DNA of 64,000 nucleotides from Lysobacterales bacterium (GCA_022841325.1 JALHRS010000008.1:6890-70889); one strand, 5' to 3'; counted from the stretch's first letter, positions 38,966 to 48,945 are shown. Translations and numbers: made by a program. The notes: a model not told the origin generated them from the sequence alone.

Positions 38966-40816
38966 ATCAGCTTCCCGTCCTTGCCAGATGCACACGCCAT
39001 CGCGGTCATGCTGTTGACCGTGTTTGCGCTGGTGCTGTTCGCGCAGGAGCGGTTCCGCATCGAAACCTCAAGCCTGTTCGTGTTCGTGTTGCTGGTGGTG
39101 GGCGTCCAGGTGTTCCCCTATGAGGGCGCACGCGGTGCGCTGGTCGTTCGTGATCTGTTCAACGGCTTTGGTCACGAGGCGCTGATCGCGGTCTGCGCCT
39201 TGATGATTCTGGGCAAGGGTCTGGAATCGACCGGCGCCCTGAAGCCGGTGGCACGGCTGCTGGCGCGCTTGTGGCGCTTGTCGCCCGCGTTCTCGCTCCT
39301 GTTCACGATGGTGACGGCCGCGATCCTGAGTGCCTTCGTCAACAACACGCCCATCGTGGTGATGCTGCTGCCTCTGCTCGTGGGTGTCACGCTGAGCGCC
39401 AATCAGGCGCCCTCCAAGGTGCTGATGCCCTTCGGTCTTGCCACGGTCATCGGTGGCGCCGTGACCACCATCGGCACCTCGACCAATCTGCTGGTGGTGT
39501 CGGGGGCGAACGACCCGGGCGTGCGCCACTTCGGCATGTTCGATTTCGCGATGCCAATGGCGCTGGTCGGCATGGGCGGTGTGCTCTTCCTCTGGCTGGT
39601 TGGGCCGCGTCTGTTGCCCGTGCGGCAGGCGCCGATGGGCGATCAATCGGCATTGCTGTTCAATGCGATCCTGCATGTCAACGACAAGAGCAAGATCTCC
39701 GGCAAGACCCTGGCCCAGGCCCGCAAGATGACCGAGGGCGAGCTCAAGCTGGTCGATGTGCAGCGTGGTTCGGTCATGCTGGTCAGACTGCCGTCGCTGA
39801 CCTTCCTCCCGGGCGATCGCCTGCACGTGATCGACACGCCGGCCCGGATCAAGGAGCTGGAGCGGGCCTTTGGCGCCTCGCTGCATCGGCTCGATGATCC
39901 GCCGGTTGCGGAACAGATTCCTGACGATATGACCGATGGCAGTGCCAGTGACCAGCAGCGTCTGGTCGAGGTGGTCGTGACCGAACAGTCCGCGCTGGCG
40001 AACTCCTCGCTGAAGCAAGCCCGATTCGCCGATGAATTCGGATTGTTCGTGCTGGCGGTTCATCGCGGCGGCGTGCGCCAGGACGTCTGGCGCAAGGATC
40101 TGGCCAAGTTCGAGCTCAAGGCCGGGGACGTCATGCTGGTGCAGGGTAACGCCGGCAATATCGCGCGCCTCAAGTCCTCATCCAGAGGCTTGCTGGTGCT
40201 CGATTCGATTGTCGACCTGCCCAATACCAGCAAGGCGCCGCTGGCGCTGGCCATCATGATTGCCGTCATCGCGCTGGCTGCCGGCAATGTGCTGCCGATC
40301 GCGGTGTCGGCGCTGATCGGAGTCGGCGCGATGCTGGCCTCGCGCTGCATGAACTGGACTGAAGCCATGCGCGGGCTCAGCGTACCGGTGGTGCTGATCG
40401 TCGTGACCAGTCTGGCGCTGGGCACGGCGCTGATCGCGACCGGCGGTACTGACTACCTGGCAAGGGCTTTCGTCGCCCTGACCGACGGCATGTCGCCGCA
40501 CCTGATCCTGGCCGGACTGATGTTGCTGATGGCGCTGCTGACGAACATCCTGTCCAACAATGCCGCCGGCATCATCGGTACCCCGATCGCGGTCAGCATT
40601 GCCGCGCAGCTGGGGCTGGATCCGGTGCCCTTCGTCGTGGCCATCATCGCCGGCGTCAACCTGAGCTTTGCCACGCCGATGGCCTATCAGACCAATCTGC
40701 TGGTGATGAATGCCGGCGGCTACCGCTTCCTGGACTTCGCCCGCGTCGGCGTGCCGTTGACGGTGTTGATGCTGGCTGGATACACGCTGATCATTCCGCG
40801 ATTCTTTCCGTTGTGA
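38966..40816 (+). CDS. SLC13 family permease with two TrkA-C (RCK_C) domains
   Basis: SAFVNNTP, TTIGTSTNLLV, two cytoplasmic RCK_C repeats, SNNAA, TPMAYQTN, GGYRFLDF. The start is uncertain: ATC 38966 follows an AGGAG SD; alternatives are ATG 38912, TTG 38981 and ATG 39008. Confidence 0.88.
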   Translation: MSFPSLPDAHAIAVMLLTVFALVLFAQERFRIETSSLFVFVLLVVGVQVFPYEGARGALVVRDLFNGFGHEALIAVCALMILGKGLESTGALKPVARLLARLWRLSPAFSLLFTMVTAAILSAFVNNTPIVVMLLPLLVGVTLSANQAPSKVLMPFGLATVIGGAVTTIGTSTNLLVVSGANDPGVRHFGMFDFAMPMALVGMGGVLFLWLVGPRLLPVRQAPMGDQSALLFNAILHVNDKSKISGKTLAQARKMTEGELKLVDVQRGSVMLVRLPSLTFLPGDRLHVIDTPARIKELERAFGASLHRLDDPPVAEQIPDDMTDGSASDQQRLVEVVVTEQSALANSSLKQARFADEFGLFVLAVHRGGVRQDVWRKDLAKFELKAGDVMLVQGNAGNIARLKSSSRGLLVLDSIVDLPNTSKAPLALAIMIAVIALAAGNVLPIAVSALIGVGAMLASRCMNWTEAMRGLSVPVVLIVVTSLALGTALIATGGTDYLARAFVALTDGMSPHLILAGLMLLMALLTNILSNNAAGIIGTPIAVSIAAQLGLDPVPFVVAIIAGVNLSFATPMAYQTNLLVMNAGGYRFLDFARVGVPLTVLMLAGYTLIIPRFFPL

Positions 40817-40897
40817 CCGGAGCGGCAAGCGCGTCTGCGACCGTGACCGCAGAGGTCGGCCATCCCATTGATTGCTGCAGGAGCCCACCATCCAGCC

Positions 40898-43483
40898 ATG
40901 AATGCCCGTGAACTCGCTTCCCGCTGGTCCCGCCTTGACGCCGCCAGCCGGGAGCGTCAACTGGATGAACTGCGCAGCCGCGACCAGGGGCTGGCGCACG
41001 AAGTGGCAGCGCTGCTGGCGGCGGTGACCATGGAAACCGCCGCGCCGGAGGTCGGGTCGGATGCAGGTACGGCAACCGATCTCGAGCGCATCGGGCCCTA
41101 TCGCATCCTCGAACGCATCGGCAGCGGCGGCATGGGCAGTGTCTATCTGGCACTGCAGGCCAATCCCGAACGCCGGGTCGCGCTGAAGACCATCCGCCAG
41201 GAGCTGGCCAGCCCACGCCTGCGCGAGCGCTTCGCTCACGAGGCCCGCTTCCTGGCGGCGCTGGAGCATCCGGGCATCGCCCGCGTCTACGAAAGTGGCA
41301 GTGCCATGACCGCCGACGGTGAGTTGCCGTATCTGGCGATGGAATACGTGGCCGGGCAGCCACTGCTGGAAGCCGCGCGCCGCGGCGCCTGGTCACTGGA
41401 AAAACGCCTCGCTGTGCTGATCGCCCTGGCCGAGGCGGTGCAGCATGCGCACGTGCGCGGCATCGTCCATCGCGATCTCAAGCCCGCCAACATCCTGGTC
41501 GATGAACACGGGCAACCGAAGATTCTGGATTTCGGCGTCGCCCGGGCCCTGGATGCCGAGTCCTCGGCGAGTGCACGGCTGACCTTTGTCGGCGAAGTCG
41601 TCGGTACGCTGTACTACATGAGTCCGGAGCAGCTGAGCGGCGATCCGACCCGGGTGGACGCGCGTTCGGATGTCTACGCGCTGGGTGTGGTTGCCTATGA
41701 GCTGCTGAGCGGCGAGTTGCCCTATGCCGAGACCGAGAACTCGCTGATCGAGGTGATCCGCAGCCGTGAATCGACGTCACCGCGGCCATTGGCGGAGCGC
41801 AAACCTGAATACCGCGGCGAACTCGACATCATCGTCATGAAGGCACTGGCCAGCGATATCCAGGCGCGTTACCAGAGCGCCCAGGCGCTGGCCGATGATC
41901 TCACCCGTTTTCGGGAACACCGGCCGATCCTGGCGCGGGCGCCCAGTGCCTGGTATCTGCTGGCGAAGTTCGCGCGGCGCAACCGGATCGCGGTCAGTGC
42001 CGCGGCCGTGGTGCTGGTGGCGCTGCTCGCGGCCACCGTTTTCAGTCTGCGCGCCGCAGACCTGGCCACCCGGGCGCTGGCGGAGGCCACTGCACGCGGG
42101 GCCGAGCTCAGTGCCGTCAACGGTTTTGTCGAGCAGATGCTGGTCAGTGCCGACCCCGAAGCGGGTGGCAGCCAGGACCGTCCGCTCAGCGAAGTGCTCG
42201 ATGGCGCCGAGCGCGCGCTCGATACCCAGCGAGAGCCGCGTACCGCCGGCCAGGTGGCGATGTTGCTGGCGCGCACCTGGAGTGGTCTGGGCGACAGCGA
42301 ACGGGTCGATCGCCTGCTGGCCCGGGCCCAGCCCTGGGTGGAGCAGGGCTTCGGCGCGCAGAGTCGCGAACGCTTCCAGCTCGACATGATGCGCGCCGAC
42401 GAACTGGGGAAGCGCGGCGATCTGGATGCGGCGCTGGCGGCCTTCGATGGCTTGCTGCGGGACATGCAGTTGGCCGGACTGGATCCGGGTCTGGAGGCCG
42501 ATCGGGTGCGTCTGGCTCAGGCCCAGGTGATGCAGGCCAAGGGGGAAGCCAAAGCGGCCGTCGCCCTGATCAACGAGGTGTTGGCGCGCAGCGGCGCTGC
42601 GCTGGAGCGCGAGGCCCCGGAGGAACATGACGGGGCCCGTTACAACCTGGCCTTCGCGCAGCTTTTCCTGGGCGACTTTCCGGCCGCCGAGGCGCTGTTG
42701 CGCGAGGTGATGGCGCGAGAGACCGAGCGTCTGGGCGCCGATCACCCGCAGACCCTGTACACGGTCAAGGCGCTGGGGCAGGCGCTGCATCGTCAGGGCC
42801 GGCTGGCCGAGGCCGAGCCGCTGTATCGCATGGTGTACGACAAGCGCAAGGCCGCCTACGGCGCGGAGCACCGAAGCACGCTGAATGCGGCCACGCAGCT
42901 GGCCGCTGGACTGGTATCGCTGCAGCGAGCGGCCGAAGCAGAACCGATATTGCGCGAGGTCATCAGCGCCATGGAAGCCCGTGGCGAGCAGCGTGGCCCG
43001 CAGTTCGTGGCCAATCTGAACATCCTTGCCGGGGCACTGGCGCAGCTGGACCGGCTTGACGAGGCGCTGGATCTGACTGCCCGTGGCATTGCCATCGAGA
43101 AAGACATCGGGGCCCCCAATCAGGACACGCTGGCCGCCCGCAACCAGCACGCGACCCTGCTGCTGCGCATGGGCCAGATCAGCGCCGCCAGCGCCGAGTA
43201 CGCCGAGTTGCTGCCGCTGGTGGAAAGCATCCTGGGCCGCGAGCACATCCATTACGCCAGCTTCAGCAGCCAGGCTGCGGCCTGCGATCTGGCCGAACAG
43301 CAGTACGAGCGCGCCCGCCAGCGCCTGGAGGCGGTGCTGCCGGCCCTCGAGGCGCGTTTCGGCCCCGAGCACCCGCGCACGCGTGAGGCCTGGGGCCGAT
43401 TGGCGCAGGCCTACGCAGGTCTGGGTGATGGCGTTCGTGCAGCGGAATTCACGGCAAAGGCGCAGGCGGCTCCGGAGGGCTGA
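40898..43483 (+). CDS. Hanks-type Ser/Thr protein kinase with a TM helix and C-terminal TPR repeats
   Basis: GSGGMG, VALK, HRDLKPAN, DFG, GTLYYMSPEQ, DVYALG; TM; repeated LG.DHP.T TPR motifs. Confidence 0.93.
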   Translation: MNARELASRWSRLDAASRERQLDELRSRDQGLAHEVAALLAAVTMETAAPEVGSDAGTATDLERIGPYRILERIGSGGMGSVYLALQANPERRVALKTIRQELASPRLRERFAHEARFLAALEHPGIARVYESGSAMTADGELPYLAMEYVAGQPLLEAARRGAWSLEKRLAVLIALAEAVQHAHVRGIVHRDLKPANILVDEHGQPKILDFGVARALDAESSASARLTFVGEVVGTLYYMSPEQLSGDPTRVDARSDVYALGVVAYELLSGELPYAETENSLIEVIRSRESTSPRPLAERKPEYRGELDIIVMKALASDIQARYQSAQALADDLTRFREHRPILARAPSAWYLLAKFARRNRIAVSAAAVVLVALLAATVFSLRAADLATRALAEATARGAELSAVNGFVEQMLVSADPEAGGSQDRPLSEVLDGAERALDTQREPRTAGQVAMLLARTWSGLGDSERVDRLLARAQPWVEQGFGAQSRERFQLDMMRADELGKRGDLDAALAAFDGLLRDMQLAGLDPGLEADRVRLAQAQVMQAKGEAKAAVALINEVLARSGAALEREAPEEHDGARYNLAFAQLFLGDFPAAEALLREVMARETERLGADHPQTLYTVKALGQALHRQGRLAEAEPLYRMVYDKRKAAYGAEHRSTLNAATQLAAGLVSLQRAAEAEPILREVISAMEARGEQRGPQFVANLNILAGALAQLDRLDEALDLTARGIAIEKDIGAPNQDTLAARNQHATLLLRMGQISAASAEYAELLPLVESILGREHIHYASFSSQAAACDLAEQQYERARQRLEAVLPALEARFGPEHPRTREAWGRLAQAYAGLGDGVRAAEFTAKAQAAPEG

Positions 43484-43616
43484 GCTGAGGCGCGCGTCCG
43501 AAGCGCATCTGCCGTATTTGTGCTTTGTGAGTGATGTAGAGCCGATCCTCGCCTCGGCCCTGCGGGTCGCCTGAGTCGGCCCGACCATGAATCCTGGCAG
43601 GAACGGAGCAGCTCCT

Positions 43617-43712
43617 GGAGGGACGCGCGCCTGCGCGGCCGCTGTTGATCTGCAGACCAGGCAAAGCGGCGCCGCGGCGCGGCGCCCTCCACAGCGCGGC
43701 GCCCTCCACAGC
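43617..43712. repeat. GGAG-type REP doublet with a 17-bp tandem duplication
   Basis: GGAGGGACGCGCGCCTGCGCGGCCGCTG ... CGGCGCCGCGGCGCGGCGCCCTCCA; GCGCGGCGCCCTCCACA repeated at 43677 and 43694. Confidence 0.65.
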
Positions 43713-43795
43713 AATGGCACCAAGCGCCCTGAGGCTGACGCCGGAACCAGGCGCTGTTGCCCTCAAACGCCCCGACAGCAAGCTCCGCCCGCGGC

Positions 43796-45802
43796 CTATT
43801 CGGCCCTGCGGCAAGCGTCCAGATGGATGTTTGCCTCGCTGTACCCCGGCCACAATGCCAGCGTGCGTTCGAATTCGGGAATCGCCAGCGCGCACTGACC
43901 GGTGTCCTTCAGGGCGATGCCCAGGTTGAAATGTGCCTGGTAGTCATCTGGCTCCCGCGCCAGATGTTCGCGGTAGATCGGGATCGCTGCCAGCGGATTC
44001 CGCTCATTCAGCTGTAACGCCAGCGCTTGCGTGAACAGTGCCAGGTCGGCGGGTCGTGCCGGACGGACATTCCTGCTGTTGTAGAGAAAGATGCCGTAGC
44101 CGATCTTCCGATCCGGCTGGCGCCAGCGCATCCAGGTGTGGCAGCGGGCTTCTTCCAGGCTCATCGGCGACATCAGCCGGTTGACGTGCACGGCGACCAG
44201 TTCGCCGGTGTCCTCGCACGGCGGCGCACCAAAGCGGATTCCGGCGCGGGACAGCACCATGCCGCCCCAGCCATCGGGCAGATAGGCCAGCGAGGAATAT
44301 TCCCGGGCCTGCAGCCAGCGGACCAGATCGGCGTCGCCCTGACCCCAGTCGTCGCCATTCGCGGAGATCCGCCAGCCGCGCTCGGGGCCGCCACCCAGAA
44401 AGTTGAAATACATCAGATAGTGCGGGTGGATGGCGAGGCAGCTGCCGGCATTGATGAGCAGCAGCGCGCCGACCAGGATTCGCGCCCGCAGCCGCATTCC
44501 ATCCGCAAGCAGGTAGCCGGCCAGCAGAAACAGGAAGGGCAGGGCCGGCAGGATATGGCGTATGCCGATCTGCATCTTGCCCAGGGAAGCGACCAGGATG
44601 ATCAGTAGCGGCGGCAGTGCCAGGAACAGGAGGTTCCAGCGATCCTCAGGCAGGCGGCTCAGGGCCCGGCTGATGCCCCAGATGATCAGGATCAGCGTCG
44701 GGATCGGCAGCTTGACCAGCATCAGCATCAAGAAATAGTTCGGCCAGCCGCCGTAGCCGGCCTCGCCCAGAAAATTGGTCCAGTGCCCCTGTTGGCCGAC
44801 ATAGCCGAGCACATCCATCAGCCCCAGCACGTAGGTGTAGGGCAGGGGAATCGGTAGCCAGCCCGGCCAGACGGCGGCGAGTCGCTCGGCATTGGCCTGG
44901 AAACTGGGCGCCAGATCCTGGGCGCGCAGCAGATAGTCCGCCGGCAGCAGACCCACCCCGTCGAAGAAGTAGGCCAGATCAATGCCGATCACGGTCGCCA
45001 ACCCTATCCACAAGTACGAACTGGCGAGCAGACGCAGGCGCCGCCAGGCTCCCGGGCCGAGCAGCTGGGGCGTGGCGATGGCGGCGAGTCCGGTGATCAG
45101 GAACACTGGGCCCAGGAGCAAGGCACTGTGCTTGGCCGCAAAGGCTGCAGCGACGGCCAGGCACACCCAGAACAGACGCGCCGGACACGGTTCCCGCAGA
45201 TAGCGCCACCAACTGTAGATGGCAGCGAACATCAGCGTCGTGGCTGCCATATCGGTGGTGACCAGTGGCGCCAGCGCCAGCATCAGCGGACAGAAGGTGA
45301 ACAACGCCAGCGGCAGCCAGGTGCGCTCGGCCCCATACAGGTGCGAGGCCCAGGAGTACAACAGCCAGCCCAGCAGCACCGACTGCAACAGCATCAGCAG
45401 CCGCGAGGGCCACAGCAGACGATCTTCGATGGCGCCGAAGATGCCGATAGGCGCGCTGAACACGTCGGCGCGCGTCCAGGCCTCAGGGGCCTGCTGCGCC
45501 ACCTCCGGGATGTCCAGAAACCACGAGGGCAGCGCGGCATAGATCCTGGCCAGCGGCGGGTGGTCGGCATTCAGGCGCGGACTGCCGGTCTGCAGCTGGG
45601 CGAGGCCGGCCGTCAGATGGAAGGGCTCGTCCCAGCTGCTGGATGCTCCCCACACGCTGAGGGCAGCAGCGACCATGAACAGGGAAATCAGCAGTGCCGC
45701 CAGCATGGCTGGCCATCGCGCTGGCAGGCGCGGCAAACGTAGACTCGGCGCCAGGCCAGAATGGGTCGGCGCGGGCTGAGTGGACAATGGGTGAGTGCTC
45801 AT
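43796..45802 (-). CDS. GT-C fold glycosyltransferase (ArnT/PMT-like, GT39/GT83) with C-terminal TPRs
   Basis: WDEPFH first-loop motif, DHPPL, LVTTD, AKHS, IGIRHILP, DWGQG; many TMs; C-terminal AHFNLG TPR. Confidence 0.85.
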   Translation of the reverse strand: MSTHPLSTQPAPTHSGLAPSLRLPRLPARWPAMLAALLISLFMVAAALSVWGASSSWDEPFHLTAGLAQLQTGSPRLNADHPPLARIYAALPSWFLDIPEVAQQAPEAWTRADVFSAPIGIFGAIEDRLLWPSRLLMLLQSVLLGWLLYSWASHLYGAERTWLPLALFTFCPLMLALAPLVTTDMAATTLMFAAIYSWWRYLREPCPARLFWVCLAVAAAFAAKHSALLLGPVFLITGLAAIATPQLLGPGAWRRLRLLASSYLWIGLATVIGIDLAYFFDGVGLLPADYLLRAQDLAPSFQANAERLAAVWPGWLPIPLPYTYVLGLMDVLGYVGQQGHWTNFLGEAGYGGWPNYFLMLMLVKLPIPTLILIIWGISRALSRLPEDRWNLLFLALPPLLIILVASLGKMQIGIRHILPALPFLFLLAGYLLADGMRLRARILVGALLLINAGSCLAIHPHYLMYFNFLGGGPERGWRISANGDDWGQGDADLVRWLQAREYSSLAYLPDGWGGMVLSRAGIRFGAPPCEDTGELVAVHVNRLMSPMSLEEARCHTWMRWRQPDRKIGYGIFLYNSRNVRPARPADLALFTQALALQLNERNPLAAIPIYREHLAREPDDYQAHFNLGIALKDTGQCALAIPEFERTLALWPGYSEANIHLDACRRAE

Positions 45803-45847
45803 CTGGTTGTCCTGGGCTGTCGCTGAGACTCGCAGAGGAGGATCGTC

Positions 45848-47773
45848 ATCAGCATCTGTCTTTGCATGATCGTCAAGAACGAGGCGCCGGTCATCCGCCG
45901 CTGCCTGGATTCGGTGCGTCCGATCATCGATTACTGGGTGATCGTGGATACCGGATCAACGGACGGCACCCAGCAGATCATCCGCGATCATCTGCGAGAA
46001 TTGCCGGGCGAACTCCATGAGCGCCCCTGGCGCGATTTTGCCCATAACCGTTCCGAGGCGCTGGCATTGGCGCGCGCACACGGCGACTACTCGCTGATCA
46101 TCGATGCCGACGACGATCTGCAGATACCGCCGGGTTTCCGGCTTCCCGAGCTGAGCGCGGACGCCTACCTGCTGGACATCCATGACGCCGGTGCCCGCTA
46201 CCAGCGCCTGCAGCTGGTGCGCAACACGCTGCCCTGGCGCTATCGTGGGGTCTTGCACGAGTTCCTGGAATGCCCGGGCGCCCGGCCTGCGGGTCACCTG
46301 GGCATCGTGATGCGCCGCAATCACGACGGCGCGCGTCGCCGCGATGCGCAGACATATCACAAGGACGCGGCCATCCTCGAGGCGGCGCTGGCGACGGAAA
46401 CCGACCCCTTTCTGATCACGCGCTATACCTTCTACCTGGCGCAAAGCTATCGCGATGCCGGAGTGCTGCCGGCGGCGATCAGCGGGTATCTGCGCCGAGC
46501 GGAACTCGGTGGCTGGGACCAGGAGGTCTACTACAGCCTCTATCAGGCCGCGAAAGCCAAGGCCGCCCTGGGTCAGGAACCAGACGAGATCATCGACCTG
46601 TGCCTGCGTGCCACCGAGCTGGTGTCCAGCCGCGCCGAGGCCCTGCATTGCGCCAGTCAGCTTTGCCGCACGCTGGGACGCAGTCAGCAGGGCTACGAGA
46701 TTGCCAGTCGCGGACTGGGTCTGAAGCCACCCGGCGACGGGCTGTTCGTGGAAACCTGGATCTACGACCATGGCCTGCTCGACGAGTACGCCATCAATGC
46801 CTACTGGGCCGGGCACTATCGAGACAGTCTGGATGCCTGCCTCAAGCTGCTGACGGTGCCAGGTTTTCCGGCCGACCAGCGAACGCGGCTGGCGGCCAAT
46901 GCCCGCTTCGCCTTCGATCGCTTGCCGCGGGAACAGGCGCGAGCCAGATACACGCCCTTGCGGCATGAAGCCGGGCAGCACGCGTTGGCAACCGCGCGCG
47001 AACTGCGCCCGGTACAGCGGAAGCTGGCGTCGAGCAAGGTGCTGCTGGCCGTCCTGGTCGGCGAACACGAGTCGCTGTTGCCCTGCTATCTGCAATGCAT
47101 CGAAGCCCTGGATTATCCCAAGGCATCCGTGGTCGTCTACATCGCTGGTCACTGCAGCGCGCAGGCTCGCGAGTTACTGGAAGTCTGGACAGCCAGGGTT
47201 CGGGCGCAATACGCCGCCGTCGAATTCGACCATGCCGATTTGCCCGACGCGCAAGCTCCCGCGCGCGGCAGCGCGCCCGCGAGTCTGCGCGAGCGCAGCC
47301 TGCGCAAGACCCTGGAACACGGTTGCGATTACTACTTTGCCGCCGATACCGACCATTTCCTGCGCCCGTGCACGCTGGCAGAGCTGGTGGCCTTGTCCTT
47401 GCCGATCGTGGCGCCACTGCTGCGCTCGGTGGATCCGGCTTCGCGCTTCGCCAATTTTCATGCGGACATCGATGGCAATGGCTACTTCAAGGACTGCGTA
47501 CAGTACGACTGGATTCTGTCGCAGGCGATCACGGGCGTACTGGAAGTGCCGGTAGTCAACGGCGCCTGCCTGGTCCGGGCCGATGTCGTGGCGGAACTGA
47601 GTTATCAGGACGGCTCGCAGCGCCACGCCTACGTCATCTTTTCCGACAGCGCGCGACGCCATGGCATTGCGCAGTACCTGGACAATCGTCAGCTCTATGG
47701 CTATCTGGTGGTGGATGGGGGCGGCGACGCGGCAGCCGCGCTCGGGCGGCTGCTCGGTAGCCATCAGCCGTAG
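45848..47773 (+). CDS. Multidomain glycosyltransferase: GT2 + TPR region + COLGALT/PLOD-like GT-A domain
   Basis: (I)SICLCMIVKNE, DTGSTDGT, IDADD, YRGVLHE; TPR helices FYLAQSY; second GT-A domain LDYPK..CDYYFAADTD..PIVAPLL..ANF..NGYF..EVPVV..DNRQLYGYL. First ATG is at 45866; the conserved strand and the SD point to 45848. Confidence 0.85.
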   Translation: MSICLCMIVKNEAPVIRRCLDSVRPIIDYWVIVDTGSTDGTQQIIRDHLRELPGELHERPWRDFAHNRSEALALARAHGDYSLIIDADDDLQIPPGFRLPELSADAYLLDIHDAGARYQRLQLVRNTLPWRYRGVLHEFLECPGARPAGHLGIVMRRNHDGARRRDAQTYHKDAAILEAALATETDPFLITRYTFYLAQSYRDAGVLPAAISGYLRRAELGGWDQEVYYSLYQAAKAKAALGQEPDEIIDLCLRATELVSSRAEALHCASQLCRTLGRSQQGYEIASRGLGLKPPGDGLFVETWIYDHGLLDEYAINAYWAGHYRDSLDACLKLLTVPGFPADQRTRLAANARFAFDRLPREQARARYTPLRHEAGQHALATARELRPVQRKLASSKVLLAVLVGEHESLLPCYLQCIEALDYPKASVVVYIAGHCSAQARELLEVWTARVRAQYAAVEFDHADLPDAQAPARGSAPASLRERSLRKTLEHGCDYYFAADTDHFLRPCTLAELVALSLPIVAPLLRSVDPASRFANFHADIDGNGYFKDCVQYDWILSQAITGVLEVPVVNGACLVRADVVAELSYQDGSQRHAYVIFSDSARRHGIAQYLDNRQLYGYLVVDGGGDAAAALGRLLGSHQP

Positions 47774-47793
47774 GCGGCCCAGAACTATCGCGA

Positions 47794-47825
47794 CCGCTAG
47801 TCCGGGGGGCCGTGGCGACTAGCGG
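47794..47825. terminator. Hairpin between the convergent GT2 and hemE genes
   Basis: CCGCTAGTC-14 nt-GACTAGCGG. Confidence 0.45.
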
Positions 47826-47871
47826 GTGGCCTCAAAGGATGCTGGCTCCCTGACCAGTCCGATCGACATCG

Positions 47872-48945
47872 TCAGGCCAGCAGCTCGCGATTGCGGCCGA
47901 ACTCGTGCACGGCATTGACCAGCACGGCCATCTGCTCGGGATCGACGCCGGGGGTGATGCCGTGGCCGAGGTTGAAGATGTGGCCGGGGCCGAGGCCGTA
48001 GTCGCGGATGACCATGTCCACCTGCCGGCGCAGGCTGGCGGGTGAGGCGTACAGCGCGGTGGGGTCCAGATTGCCCTGCAGCGCGACGCGCCCGCCGGTG
48101 CGCACGCGGGCCTCGCCGAGGTCCACGGTCCAGTCCAGACCCAGCGCGTCAGCGCCGATCTGCGACAGGGCTTCCAGATGGCCGTTGGCACCACGGCTGA
48201 AGACGATGATCGGCACATTGTCCGGGCCGCGATCGATGCCCTGGGCCAGGCGCGTCAGATTGGCCAGCGAGAATTCGCGATAATCGCCCGGGGCCAGAAT
48301 GCCGCCCCAGGAGTCGAAGATCATCACCGCCTGGGCGCCGGCGCGAATCTGCGCCTCCAGATAGCTCTGCACCGAGCGCGTCAGCACATCCAGCAGCTGA
48401 TGCAGCGCATGCGGCTGATCCCACATCAGGCCCTTGATGTGCTCGAAGCGCTCGCTGGGACCGCCTTCGACCATGTAGCAGGCCAGCGTCCACGGGCTGC
48501 CGGCGAAGCCGATCAGTGGCACCCGGCCATTCAGTTCCTTGCGGATCACGCGCACGGCATCGGGCACATAGCGCAACTCGACTTCAGGATCAGGTACGCC
48601 CAGCTTCTGGATGTCGGCGAGCGAGCGCAGCGGTCGGGCGAACTGCGGGCCTTCGCCCTCGACGAATTCCAGGCCCAGACCCATGGCATCGGGAATGGTG
48701 AGGATGTCGGAGAACAGAATCGCGGCATCGAGTTCGAAGCGGTCGATGGGCTGCATCGTGACTTCGCAGGCCAGCTCCGGCGAGCGGCACAGATTCATGA
48801 AGCTGCCGGCGCGCTGGCGCGTCGCCCGATACTCGGGCAGGTAACGCCCGGCCTGACGCATCACCCAGATCGGGGTGGTGTCGACCGGCTGGCGCCGCAA
48901 GGCGCGCAGGAAACGGTTGTGACGTCCGCTGTCGATGGGACTCAT
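47872..48945 (-). CDS. hemE: Uroporphyrinogen decarboxylase
   Basis: [53 protein letters not shown]; start ATG 48945. Confidence 0.97.
   Translation of the reverse strand: MSPIDSGRHNRFLRALRRQPVDTTPIWVMRQAGRYLPEYRATRQRAGSFMNLCRSPELACEVTMQPIDRFELDAAILFSDILTIPDAMGLGLEFVEGEGPQFARPLRSLADIQKLGVPDPEVELRYVPDAVRVIRKELNGRVPLIGFAGSPWTLACYMVEGGPSERFEHIKGLMWDQPHALHQLLDVLTRSVQSYLEAQIRAGAQAVMIFDSWGGILAPGDYREFSLANLTRLAQGIDRGPDNVPIIVFSRGANGHLEALSQIGADALGLDWTVDLGEARVRTGGRVALQGNLDPTALYASPASLRRQVDMVIRDYGLGPGHIFNLGHGITPGVDPEQMAVLVNAVHEFGRNRELLA

Noticed and set aside
44670-44720. IPTLILIIWG in the GT-C protein resembling an IPTL-CTERM signal for XrtH
   Set aside because: Internal rather than C-terminal, wrong spacing, and part of an ordinary TM helix
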